Shown here: positions 27,005-39,574 of the stretch, piece after piece | Layout: each line of letters opens with the position of its first letter | How positions within the stretch are numbered: the first letter of the stretch is position 1 | Assembly: GCA_028826165.1 (NCBI GenBank) | Contig: JAPDFW010000012.1 | Span: 1 to 64,000, forward strand | Source of the DNA: Anaeramoeba ignava BMAN | Lineage: Eukaryota; Protista; Anaeramoebae | DNA length: 64,000 nt | Direction of reading: 5' to 3' | The notes under the pieces: generated by a model | Database searches by the model: none | Told to the model about the DNA's origin: nothing | The model's input: the letters and a program-made list of their open reading frames with translations, nothing else | Translations under genes and position numbers: made by a program

Positions 27005-27699
27005 TCAAAAAAAAAAATTAAATCAAACTAAAAGAAAAATTAAAAGAAAAATTAAAGAAAATCTACTAAAAAAATACGAATTATTAAAATAATTCAATTA
27101 AGAAAAAAAAAAAGTAAAAGAAAAAAATGAATAAATTGTTGTTCTGTTTTTTTGTTTTAAAAAAAATTTTTCAACTATTAAAAAACCGAAACAAAATAAA
27201 AAAATGAAAAGATCAAAAAAACAAAAAAAAAAAATATTTTCCAGTTGCGAATTTTTCTTTTTATAGTATTCCTAATATCTTAATACTTTTTTTCTTTTTC
27301 CATTTTCCGATTCCTTTCCATTTTAAAGTTTATTTTTATACGTTAGTCTTAGATTTTTTATTTATTTCAGATCAATTCCCCCAAAAATTAAATTTAATTA
27401 AAACTATTAATTATTTTTTATTTTTGATTTAGTGAATTTTTTTTTCCACAAAAAAATCAACAAATTTGATTATTATTGAAATTGTTTTAGTTTTGGTTTG
27501 AATTTGAATAAATAGTTTTAATCATTTTTTGTGACTTTTGGATTATAATTTAACTTAATTTAATTTAAATTTTTTTTTTTTTTGCTTTCTTTTTTAATTT
27601 CCTTTTAAATTTTGGATTTAAATTTTGGATTTTTAATTTTCTTTTAATTTTATTGATCAATTTTTATTTGGATTGAAACAACCCCCAAAATAAAACTGA

Positions 27700-27990
27700 T
27701 CTTAAAAAAAAAATTCATAAAAATTAAAATCAATTTTTAAATAAGAAATAAAAAATTTTTTTATTTTTGAAAAGTGGAATAATTCCTTTATTTCTTTTAT
27801 TTATTTCCAATTTATTTTTAAATTTAATTTTTGAATAAATTTAAATCTTATTTTAATTAAAAAAAAATTCATAAAAATTAAAATCAATTTTTAAATAAGA
27901 AATAAAAAATTTTTTTATTTTTTAAAAATGGAATAATTCCTTTATTTCTTTTATTTATTTTCAATTTCTTTTTAAATTTAATTTTTGATT
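27700..27990. repeat. Two-copy tandem duplication, 154 bp unit
   Basis: AAATTCATAAAAATTAAAATCAATTTTTAAATAAGAAAT...TGGAATAATTCCTTTA occurs twice, anchor C at 27716 and 27870. Confidence 0.85.
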
Positions 27991-28334
27991 GAAATTGTTT
28001 TTATTGATTTTGTTTTTAAAACTTTCCAAAAAGAAAAAATTTTTCAAAAAAAAAGGAACATTAATTGAATTTGAAATTGAATTTGTATTGAATTTAAAAT
28101 GGAACATTATTTGGATTTGAATTTAAATTGAATTTGAATTGAATTGATTTGTAAATTGAAATTGAATTGAATTGATTTGTAAATTGAAATTTAAATTGAA
28201 TTTGAATTGAATTTGAATTGAATTTGAATTTGAATTGAATTTGAATTGTAAATTGAAATTTAAAATGGAACATTATTTGAATTGAATTTGAATTGAATTT
28301 GAATTGAATTGGAAATGGAAATGGAAATTATTGT

Positions 28335-31300
28335 TTAATCATTTTTTTCGTCATCATCAGTTGTTTCAACAATTTCTAAAATTTCATCACCACTTCCAAT
28401 TTCATCATCACTTCCAATTTGTTCAACTAATATTACTTCTCCATCATAATCACTTCCATCATCATCAACAATTTCAATGACATCTGAATTAGAATCATTT
28501 GATTTTTGATTTGATTTTTGATTTGATTTTTGATTTGATTTTTGATTTGATTTTTGATTTGATTTTTGATTTGATTTTTCATTTAATTTTTCATTTAGTT
28601 TTTCATTTAATTTTTGAATTAATTTTTGATTTAATTTGTCTTCATCACTCTCAATTAAATTTTCATCATCAGTTGTTTCAATAATCTCTAAAATTTCATC
28701 ATCACTTCCAATTTCATCATCACTTCCAATTTGTTCAACTAATATTACTTCTCCATCATAATCACTTCCATCATCAGCAACAAGTTCATAATAATCTTGA
28801 TTTTCATAAAAGGATTCATTTTCATTAACATATGTAATTATTTCATCATTTTTTTGTTTCTTTTCTTCTAAAATTTTTTGTTTCTCTTTTTCAACTAAAT
28901 TGTTTTCAACTTCTAAAGAAAAATTAAGTAAATTTATCCATTCCTTCATTTCAGAATAAGAATCACACTTAAATATATATGTTCTGTCGAATGTTGTAAT
29001 TTCAAATACATTTTCATTTGGAAATCTTTCACTTTTTTTGATTGATGCTAATTGAAGTGAAATGCTTTTTGTTGGTTTTGTTTCATTATTTTTTGAATAA
29101 TAAAGATAATGATTTTCAAGTTTCGAATTTATTGAAGTCCATTGTTGAATTGCATCTCCTCTAAATCTATAAAGATTTCCTTGTTTTGTTGGAAAAGAAA
29201 ATTTATCTTCATCTTTTAAATTGTTTGGTTCTATAAATTCCTTTTCATCAAATTTAATTTCTTTAATATTATCATCATCAGTATGAGTATATGATTCAAA
29301 ATCTGATGAATATGGACTAGATTTTGATTTTAGATTTAGATTTAGATTTTGATTTAGATTTTGATTTTGATTTAGATTTTGATTTTGATTTTGATTTTGA
29401 TTTTGATTTTGATTTTGATTTTGATTTTGATTTTGATTTTGATTTTGATTTTGATTTTGATTTTGATTTTGATTTAGATTTAGATTTTGATTTAGATTTA
29501 GATTTAGATTTAGATTTAGATTTAGATTTAGATTTAGATTTTAAATCTTGTTTTAAATCTTGTTTTAAATCTTGTTTTAAATCTTGTTTTAAATCATGTT
29601 TTAAATCTTGTTTTAAATCTTGTTTTAAATCTTGTTTTGTTTCTTGTTTTAAATCTTGCTTTAAATCTTGTTTTGTTTCTTGTTTTAAATCTTGTTTTAA
29701 ATCTTGTTTTGTTTCTTGCTTTAAATCTTGTTTTAAATCTTGTTTTAAATCTTGTTTTAAATCTTGTTTTAAATCTTGTTTTAAATCTTGTTTTAAATCT
29801 TGTTTTAAATCTTGTTTTATTTCTTGTTTTAAATCTTGTTTTAAATCTTGTTTTAAATCTTGTTTTAAATCTTGTTTTAAATCTTGTTTTAAATCTTGTT
29901 TTAAATCTTGTTTTAAATCTTGTTTTGTTTCTTGTTTTAAATCTTGTTTTAAATCTTGTTTTAAATCTTTGTTTTTTAAATCTTGTTTTTAAATCTTGTT
30001 TTTAAATCTTGTTTTTAAATCTTGTTTTAAATCTTGTTTTAAATCTTGTTTTAAATCTTGTTTTAAATCTTGTTTTAAATCTTGTTTTAAATCTTGTTTT
30101 AAATCTTGTTTTAAATCTTGTTTTAAATCTTGTTTTAAATCTTGTTTTAAATCTTGTTTTAAATCTTGTTTTAAATCTTGTTTTAAATCTTGTTTTAAAT
30201 CTTGTTTTAAATCTTGTTTTAAATCTTGTTTTAAATCTTGTTTTAAATCTTGTTTTGTTTCTTGTTTTAAATCTTGTTTTAAATCTTGTTTTAAATCTTG
30301 TTTTAAATCTTGTTTTAAATCTTGTTTTAAATCTTGTTTTAAATCTTGTTTTAAATCTTGTTTTAAATCTTGTTTTAAATCTTGTTTTAAATCTTGTTTT
30401 AAATCTTGTTTTAAATCTTGTTTTAAATCTTGTTTTAAATCTTGTTTTAAATCTTGTTTTAAATCTTGTTTTTAAATCTTGTTTTAAATCTTGTTTTAAA
30501 TCTTGTTTTTAAATCTTGTTTTTAAATCTTGTTTTAAATCTTGTTTTAAATCTTGTTTTAAATCTTGTTTTAAATCTTGTTTTAAATCTTGTTTTTAAAT
30601 CTTGTTTTTTTGTTTTAAATCTTGTTTTAAATCTTGTTTTAAATCTTGTTTTTAAATCTTGTTTTAAATCTTGTTTTAAATCTTGTTTTAAATCTTGTTT
30701 TAAATCTTGTTTTAAATCTTGTTTTTAAATCTTGTTTTAAATCTTGTTTTTAAATCTTGTTTTTGTTTTAAATCTTGTTTTTTAAATCTTGTTTTAAATC
30801 TTGTTTTAAATCTTGTTTTGAATCTTGTTTTAAATCTTGTTTTAAATCTTGTTTTAAATCTTGTTTTAAATCTTGTTTTAAATCTTGTTTTAAATCTTGT
30901 TTTAAATCTTGTTTTAAATCTTGTTTTAAATCTTGTTTTAAATCTTGTTTTGAATCTTGTTTTAAATCTTGTTTTAAATCTTGTTTTAAATCTTGTTTTA
31001 AATCTTGTTTTGAATCTTGTTTTAAATCTTGTTTTAAATCTTGTTTTGAATCTTGTTTTGAATCTTGTTTTAAATCTTGTTTTAAATCTTGTTTTAAATC
31101 TTGTTTTAAATCTTGTTTTATTTCTTGTTTTATTTCTTGTTTTAAATCTTGTTTTAAATCTTGTTTTAAATCTTGTTTTAAATCTTGTTTTGAATCTTGT
31201 TTTAAATCTTGTTTTAAATCTTGTTTTAAATCTTGTTTTAAATCTTGTTTTAAATCTTGTTTTAAATCTTGTTTTAAATCTTGTTTTAAATCTTGTTTTA

Positions 31301-34300
31301 TTTCTTGTTTTAAATCTTGTTTTAAATCTTGTTTTAAATCTTGTTTTAAATCTTGCTTTGTTTCTTGTTTGATTTCTTGTTTTGGTTGTTCAAAAATTGA
31401 AACCATTTGGCTAATTTTTTCTTCTTTTTGTTTTGGTTCTTGTTTTATTTCTTGTTTTATTTCTTGTTTTGGTTGTTCAAAAATTGAAACCATTTGATTA
31501 ATTTTTTCTTCTTTTTGTTTTGGTTCTTGTTTTATTTGTTTGATTTCTTGTTTTGGTTGTTCAAAAATTGAAACCATTTGATTAATTTTCTCTGTTTTTT
31601 GTTTTGGTGCTAGTTGAATTTTATCTTTATTTTGTTCTTCTTGTGATTGTTGAAAAATTGAAATGATTTTATTAAATTTTTCTTTTTCTTCTAATGACTC
31701 TTTTTTGATTTCTTTTTTTGGTTCTTCTTTTGGCTTTTCAAAAATTGAAATGATTTTATTAAATTTCTCTTTTTCTTCTTCTTTTAAATCTTGTTTTAAA
31801 TCTTGTTTTATTTCTTGTTTTAAGTCTTGTTTTGAATCTTGTTTTAAATCTTGTTTTAAATCTTGTTTTAAATCTTGTTTTATTTCTTGTTTTAAATCTT
31901 GTTTTAAATCTTGTTTTAAATCTTGTTTTAAATCTTGTTTTAAATCTTGTTTTAAATCTTGTTTTAAATCTTGTTTTAAATCTTGTTTTATTTCTTGTTT
32001 TATTTCTTGTTTTAAATCTTGTTTTATTTCTTGTTTTATTTCTTGTTTTAAATCTTGTTTTGGTTCTTCAAAAATGGAAACAATTTTGTTAATATTCTCT
32101 TTTTCTTGCTTTGGTGTTAACACGATTTGTTTATGTTTTGATTCTTGTTTTTGATCCTTTTCTTGTGTAACTTCTTTTTCTTTTTCGAAATTGACTGATC
32201 TAGATTTACGAGATGGTTTTTTCTCTTTTAAATCAATTAAAACTTCATTCCCAAATTTTACACTTCTTCTTGTTTCATTTTCATTTTCTTTTTCATGTTC
32301 TTTTTCATGTTCTTTTTCATGTTCTTTTTCTTTTTCTTTTTCACTTGATGAAGAACTTTCACTCGATTTTGATTTTGATTTCGATTTTGATTTTGATTTA
32401 TTTTTTTTGGATTTTTTGGATTTTCTTCTTTGTTTTGATTTTTTGGATTTAATTTCCTTGTTTTCTTTCTTTGCAGAATCATTATTTTGAACATTCAATT
32501 TAGAATCATTTGAAACTAAATTATCTTCTGATTCATTTTCTTCATTTTCATCTTTTTTAAGTAATGATATTAAATTTTCTCTTATTTGATTTATCCATTC
32601 AAGAGCTCCAAATAAATTTCCAGTTGATAAATAATAAATTCTTGTTGAAGTTTTGATTTGAAATCCATTAAAGTCAGGAATTAAACTTGAATTGCAATCC
32701 AATAAATGTAAAATATTTTTTGGAGTTTCTTCCTTTTAAATAAATAAGAATAAATAAGAATTGAATTAAATTTATTTTGAATTAAATTTATTTTGAATTA
32801 AAATTATTTTGAATTAAATTTATTTTGAATTAAATTTATTTTGAATTAAAATTATTTTGAATTAAATTTATTTTGAAATAATTTTATTTTGAATTAAATT
32901 TATTTTGAATTAAATTTATTTTGAATTAAATTTATTTTGAATTAAATTTATTTTGAATTAATTTTATTTTGAATTAAATTTATTTTGAATTAATTTTATT
33001 TTGAATTAAATTTATTTTGAATTAAACTTATTTTGAATTAAACTTATTTTGAATTAAACTTATTTTGAATTAAATTTATTTTGAATTAAACTTATTTTGA
33101 ATTAAATTTATTTTGAATTAATTTTATATTGAATTAAATTTATTTTGAATTAAAATTATTTTGAATTAAACTTATTTTGAATTAAATTTATTTTGAATTA
33201 AATTTATTTTGAATTAAATTTATTTTGAATTAAATTTATTTTGAATTAATTTTATTTTGAATTAAATTTATTTTGAATTAAATTTATTTTGAATTAAATT
33301 TAATTTTATCAAGTTACAGATTCTGGATTAAATATATAAATTTTATCATTCAATAAAAACACGATCTTATCTTTTGTTTCTTGTGATTGAATTGCTTTAA
33401 ATTGAATTAACGAAGTTTGAAGTTGAAAATGTGTATTTTTTGAACGAATATCTTTAAGAGACATAAGTTCATGATCAGCAATTTGATTTCTTTTTTCTTT
33501 TGTTATAATTTCCTTTTTCAATCGTAAATTTTCAATAAAAGAAGAAATAGCATCATCAATAGCAACAATCCAAGACAATTTTTCTTTTGAATTTGAAGCA
33601 GCCAATATAACTTGAATATTTTCCTTTTCGTTTGATAAAGAAAAAATCAAATCAGGAGGATTTTGTTGTTTCTTTTTGCTTTCACTGTGGTGTTCAGTCA
33701 TTTCAAGAATTAAATTTTCATTCAAAAATATTTTTGTGAATCCATTCAAAGATATTTTAGACATAAAACGAAGTTTTGAGCCTGAAATTTTGGCAATGAT
33801 TAAAAGATCGTTGAACATGAAGAGTTGAATATTGATTGCCTTTGAACGCTTGATTAATTGCAATTTGCCTTCGCGAACAAATCTTCTGCTTGGAGAAGCA
33901 ATTTTTTCGATTCCTATTACTTTGTTTTGGATTAAAAGAACTTCATTCATATTTTCAGCTTCTCTTTTTTTCTCATTAACATAGAACGCAACATCCTTGA
34001 TTTTCTTGAGAGCATCTGATAGATCCGAGTAATCGGGATGTGTTTGTATTGTGTTTTTGAGAAGATCCTCTAGAAGAAGAACATATCTTGGTATGCGTTG
34101 AATTGGCATGATTAAAAAAGCTGTCAAATCAAGCATTTTTGTTTCTGGATTTTTTTTTGCCTTTTCAATAAAATTGTGGAAATCCTTTTTTTTGCTTAGC
34201 GAAACAATTGTTTCAAGTGCGTTATTGTAGTTGTTAATATATTCAGTGTAAACTTTTAAGAATGCTCCCATCATTCGAAATACATCGCCAAGCATTGTTG

Positions 34301-36090
34301 TTTCTGACCAATCTTGCCATCGTTGTTCAATTTGATTTTTTAATGCTTGATTGTAGTTCAATATCACTTCAATTTGTGAAAATATTGAACGAATTTGTTC
34401 TCGATTTAAAATATTTGTTGCTTCTCTTAGTGGTTGAAGAAATACTTTCACGAGAATATTCAAGTTTTCAACATATACTTTTTCTGTTTCGTAAATTTCA
34501 TGAGCAATTTCTCTTCTTTTTTTTATCATTTTGTCCTTCATTTCTTGTGTGAGTTCAATTTTATTTTCCTTTAATTTTTCACTATTTTTTATAATTTTAT
34601 TTTCCTTTAATTTTTCACTTGATTTTTCATTATTTTTTATAATTTTATTTTCTTCCAATTTTTTAATTTTCTTTTCCTTTAATTTTTCACTTGATTTTTC
34701 ATTATTTTTTTAATTTTATTTTCCTCTGATTTTTCACTTGATTTTTCATTATTTTTTATAATTTTATTTTCCTTTAATTTTTCACTTGATTTTTCAGTAT
34801 TTTTTATAATTTTCCCATCAATTGTTTGCTTTCTAATTTTTAAAGCTCCTCTTTCAATAACTCTTTCCATTCCTCTTTGTGATCTTTTCTTATAGAGATG
34901 AATATTACTATTATCAGCTTCTTTTTTTTGATTTTGAATTTTTTCTTCCCAAATTGATAAATTTAATTTAAGATTTTGTGATTCACTTGATTCACCCTTT
35001 AATATTTGATCAATAATATCTCTATTTGGTTTATTTTCCACTTTTGCACTTAAACTTCTACGAAGAGCACTAGTTGTTGTTTTTTCAATTGATTTTAAAT
35101 TGAGATTTTCTTCTTGATTTTGATTTTGATTTTGATTTTGTTGAATTTCTGAAATTTCATTTTTTGAAAAACTTTCAATTGGTTTTTTGATTAATTTTGT
35201 TCTTCTTATTCTTGTTGGACTGATAGATTTATTAATATTTTTATTTTTTGTTTTTTTTGGTTTTGTTTCATTTTGATTTTGATTTTGATTTTGATTTTGA
35301 TTTTGATTTTGATTTTGATTTTGATTTTGATTTTTATTTTGATTTCTAGTTGGAAAAATTGGTGATTTTGGAGTTGTTTCATCTTTTTTTTCAATAAAAC
35401 GAATTAAAGACCAAATTAAACCAAGAATTCTTTTGGAATTTCCATCAGCAACATCTTTATAATTTTAATTTTAATTTTAATTTTTAATTTTTAATTTTAA
35501 TTTTAATTTTAATTTTAATTTTAATTTTAATTTTAATTTTAATTTTAATTTTAATTTTAATTTTAATTTTAATTTTAATTTTAAATAATTTTAATTTTAA
35601 TTTTAATTTTAATTTTAAATTTTAATTTTAATTTTAATTTTAATTTTAATTTTAATTTTAATTTTGATTTTAATTTTAATTTTAAATGAATTTTAATTTT
35701 AATTTTGATTTTAATTTTAAATTTAATTATTTTAATTTTGAAATTTGGAATTTTATTACCATTTGGACTACAAGTTATTGGAATTCCTTTTTTTTGAAGA
35801 AAAGTAAAAATTATTGAAGAATTTTCAATTTTTTGAAATCTTTGTTTTGGATTTTTTGAATATTTAAAATGAACATCAAATAATTCTTCAACTAAATTAA
35901 CTAATAAAACTCCACTTTGAAAATCTGTTTCAAAATTATCCATTTGCAAATTTCTTCTGCTTAAATATCTATTTGTCCATTCAGTAAATTTCTAAAAAAT
36001 AAAAAAAAATTTTTTTTAATAATTTTTATAATTTTTTAAATGAAAAAAAAAAATAATTAATACTTGAATTTGAATTGAATCCCAACTCAT
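28335..36090 (-). CDS. Rho-family GEF: CH domain - DH (RhoGEF) - PH - PH - long repeat region - PH - acidic tail; 4 exons, several frameshifts in homopolymers and repeats
   Basis: Spliced N-terminus MSWDSIQIQKFTEWTNRYL...DFQSGVLLVNLVEEL...DVADGNSKRILGLIWSLI (filamin/actinin-type CH). DH motifs EIYETEKVYVENL and LIMPIQRIPRYVLLLEDLLKNT...HPDY. PH-type ends EKLSWIVAI, ALEWINQI, MKEWINLL. Introns 35992-36063, 35455-35759 and 32733-33317. Confidence 0.85.
29320..31370 (-). repeat. Coding tandem repeats: ~150 copies of AAACAAGATTTA (KQDL) followed by about 35 Ser-Lys dipeptides
   Basis: 12-mer array about 29540-31370 in frame with the RhoGEF; hexamer array about 29320-29540. Confidence 0.9.
32755..33305. 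repeat. Intronic 18-mer array (TTTTGAATTAAATTTATT-type), about 30 copies
   Basis: Fills RhoGEF intron 32733-33317. Confidence 0.9.
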
Positions 36091-36269
36091 TTATTTTTGA
36101 ATTTAATTTTGAATTTATTTTTGAGTTTAATTTTGAATTTAATTTTTGAATTTATTTTTGAATTTATTTTTGAATTGATTTTTGAATTGAACTTTAAAGA
36201 AAAAATGAAAAAAATGAAAAATTTTTTTTAATTTTTTTTTTCATTTTTTTTTTCATTTTTTTTTTGATC
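36091..36269. promoter_or_regulatory. Putative minimal bidirectional promoter (RhoGEF / NOL10) with mirror-image T(n)TCAT(n) initiator-like motifs
   Basis: A(n)TGA-A(n) at 36206 and 36215 facing left; T(n)TCA-T(n) at 36241 and 36253 facing right; only 179 bp between divergent ATGs. Confidence 0.65.
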
Positions 36270-38477
36270 ATGTCATTAAAAATTACTTCAGCAACAAATG
36301 ATATAAAAGTTTATAATATTACAGCAGGAAAAAAATTTCCTGATTGGATTTCTGAAAAAAAGCGAAAACAACTCAAAAAAGATCCTGAATTTTTAAAAAG
36401 AATTTCTTTAATCCAAGATTTTGAGTTTCCGATTTCAAGTCAAAAAATAAAGGTGTCACCAGACCAAAAATACATATGCGGCACAGGCATTTATCAGCCT
36501 CAGATGAGGATGTTTGATCTTCATGATCTCTCAATGAGATTTGAACGGCATGTTGATTCAGAAATAGTGAATTTTCAATTTCTCAGTGAAGACTGGACAA
36601 AACTAGTTTTTATTGAAAGTGATCGGAATATTGAGTTTCATGCGAGATATGGAGCCCATTATAAAACTCGGATCCCAAAATTCCCAAGGGATTTATGCTA
36701 CAATTCTTACAATTGCGATTTATATGTATCCGCAAGTGGAAATGAAGTCTATCGCTTGAATTTGGAACAGGGAAGATTCCTTCGCCCCTTTTCGGTCAGT
36801 AATTCCAACGCTGTGAATTCTGTGGCTTGGAATCATATGCACCAATTGTTGGGATTCGGTTGTGATGAGGCAGTGTGTGAGTTTTTTGATCCACGAGCAA
36901 GAAAACAAGTTTCCTTTTTAAAAGTTTCAGAAAATCCAACTGAAAATATTTCCAAATTAGTTTTTCATCCTGATAATATGCTCAAAATGGCAATAGGAAC
37001 AACCACTGGACTTGTATATCTTTATGATATTCGAAGTTCAAATCCAATTCTTGTTAAAGATCATCAATATGAATTACCCATTCAAAATATCATGTTTCAA
37101 TCGGACAAAATTTTAAGTTCTGACGAGAAAATATTGAAGATATGGAACGAAAATGACGGAGAAATTTACACTGCGATTGAGCCAGAGGAATCCATTAATG
37201 ATTTCACGTTGTTTCCAAATTCAGGATTAATTATAATTGCAACTGAAAATCCAAGAATCCAAGCTTATTATATACCCGAGCTTGGACCTGCTCCAGCTTG
37301 GTGCTCCTTCTTGGAAAACTTAACAGAGGAACTTGAAGAGCAAGACTCTATGGCTGTCTATGATGACTATAAGTTCGTCACAAGACCTGAACTGGCCAAT
37401 TTGGGACTTACTCATCTTATTGGTAATTTTATTTCCTAAAACATACCTCCAAACAACCCTTTAATCACTAACACTTCTATTTCATTCACCTCGTTTTTTC
37501 TTTTGTTTCATCCCTTTTTATGCCTGCTTTTGTTTCTTCTTTTTTTATAGGTACTAAATATCTTCGTGCTTATATGCATGGTTTTTTTATGGATTTGAAA
37601 CTTTATTCAAAAGCTATTTCAATTGCTAATCCTTTTGCTCTTTCTGAATATCGAAAGAAAAAGATCCAGGAGAAAATCAGAACAAGAGCAATCAAGTCGT
37701 ATTTCAATTCGCACTAATTCGCAAAATGTTAATCCCCAACTTATACAAAAGGCTCTTGATAATAAACAAAGTGCTGCTGCTGCTGCTTTAACTGATCAAA
37801 GATTTTTAAAACTTTTTCAAGATTCCAATTTTCAAATTAATCAAAATGCAGAAGAAAATCGTGCCAAACATGTGATTAAACTTGATGATGATTCTGATGA
37901 TGAAGAAGATTATAATAAAAACCATGCTAATAAATTGAAGAGGTTGAAAAAATCGAAATCAAATTCAAAATTAAATTCAAATTCAAATTTAAAATCAAAT
38001 TCAAATTCAAATTCAAAATCAAAAGATTCAAAATTAAATCCAAATTCAAATTTAAAATCAAATTCAAATTTAAATCCAAATTCAAATTTAAAAGATTCAA
38101 AAAATTCGGATAAAAATTTTCAATTAATTCCAAAACAAAATTTTAAATCCGAAATTTCTTTTTTAAATACTCAACAAGACCTTCAAAAACAAAAAAATCA
38201 TGATTCTTCAAAAAATTTATCTTTTGAAACTTTATTAAAAGTTAAAAAAAAACCTGTTTTGAAATCTCGTTCTTCTATTGGTCCAAAACAAATTACAACT
38301 AAAATACCAAAAGAAAAAGAAAATCAAAAAGAAAATCAAAAAGAGAATCAAAATCAAAAAATGTTTTCTTTAGCAAAAAGTGAAATTGGAATTAAATCAA
38401 AATCACATTCAAAATCAAAATCACATTCAAAATCAAAATCAAATTCAAAAAGAAGAATAAATAAGAAAAGAAAATAA
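36270..38477 (+). CDS. NOL10: NOL10/Enp2 WD40 small-subunit processome protein; 2 exons, one frameshift near 37679
   Basis: RISLIQDFEFP, MRFERHVDSE, EVYRLNLEQGRFL, YYIPELGPAPAWCSFLENLTEELEE, VYDDYKFVT, LRAYMHGFF, NUC153-like DQRFLKLFQDSNFQI; intron 37423-37550. Confidence 0.95.
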
Positions 38478-39460
38478 TTAATTTTTAAATCTTATTTATA
38501 AAAAATAATTAGAAATAGATTTTAATTCAAAATCAAGAATAAATAAGAAAAGAAAATGATTTTTTTTTAAATCTTATTTATAAAAAATAATTAGATATAG
38601 ATTTTAATTCAAAATCAAAATCAAAATCAAAATAAATCAAATTAAGAAAAGAAAATAATGATTAATTTTTAAATCTTATTTATAAAAAATAATTAGAAAT
38701 AGATTTTAATTCAAAAAGAAGAATAAATAAGAAAAGAAAATAATTAATTTTTAAATCTTATTTATAAAAAATAATTAGAAATAGATTTTAATTCAAAATA
38801 AATCAAATCTTATTTATAAAAATAATTAGAAATAGATTTTAATTCAAAAAGAAGAATAAATAGGAAAAGAAAATAATAAATTTTTAAATCTTATTTATAA
38901 AAAATAATTAGAAATAGATTTTAATTCAAAATCAAAATCAAATTCAAAATAAATCAAAATAAGAAAAGAAAATAATAATTAATTTTTAAATCTTATTTAT
39001 AAAAAATAATTAGAAATAGATTTTAATTCAAAAAGAAGAATAAATAAGAAAAGAAAATAATAAATTTTTAAATCTTATTTATAAAAAATAATTAGAAATA
39101 GATTTTAATTCAAAAAGAAGAATAAATAAGAAAAGAAAATAATAATTAATTTTTAAATCTTATTTATAAAAAATAATTAGAAATAGATTTTAATTCAAAA
39201 AGAAGAATAAATAAGAAAAGAAAATGATAATTAATTTTTAAATCTTATTTATAAAAAATAATTAGATATAGATTTTAATTCAAAATCAAGAATAAATAAG
39301 AAAAGAAAATAATTAATTTTTAAATCTTATTTATAAAAATAATTAGAAATAGATTTTAATTCAAAAAGAAGAATAAATAAGAAAAGAAAATAATAATTAA
39401 TTTTTAAATCTTATTTATAAAAAATAATTAGAAATAGATTTTAATTCAAAATCAAAATCA
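38440..39460. repeat. Tandem array of about 12 copies of an ~85 bp unit comprising the last NOL10 codons, stop and 3' flank
   Basis: Unit AAAAGAAGAATAAATAAGAAAAGAAAATAA...AAATCTTATTTATAAAAAATAATTAGAAATAGATTTTAATTC. Confidence 0.9.
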
Positions 39461-39574
39461 AAATAAAAATAGAATTAAGGGAAAATTTCATTCATTTTTT
39501 AAAACAAATTGAAAAAAAAAAATTTCATTCTTTTTCTTTTTCTTTTTCTTTTTCTTTTTGTAAATTTTTTTAAA

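Noticed and set aside
29324-32490. Long plus-strand ORFs (KSCF, LNLV, DF repeats) and similar ORFs such as 4304-4555, 9109-9519, 9552-10288, 12980-13679, 20680-21141 and 44238-45320
   Set aside because: Antisense or off-frame shadows of simple repeats that happen to lack stop codons
37423-37550. C-rich NOL10 intron as a snoRNA host
   Set aside because: No recognisable C/D boxes or H/ACA double hairpin
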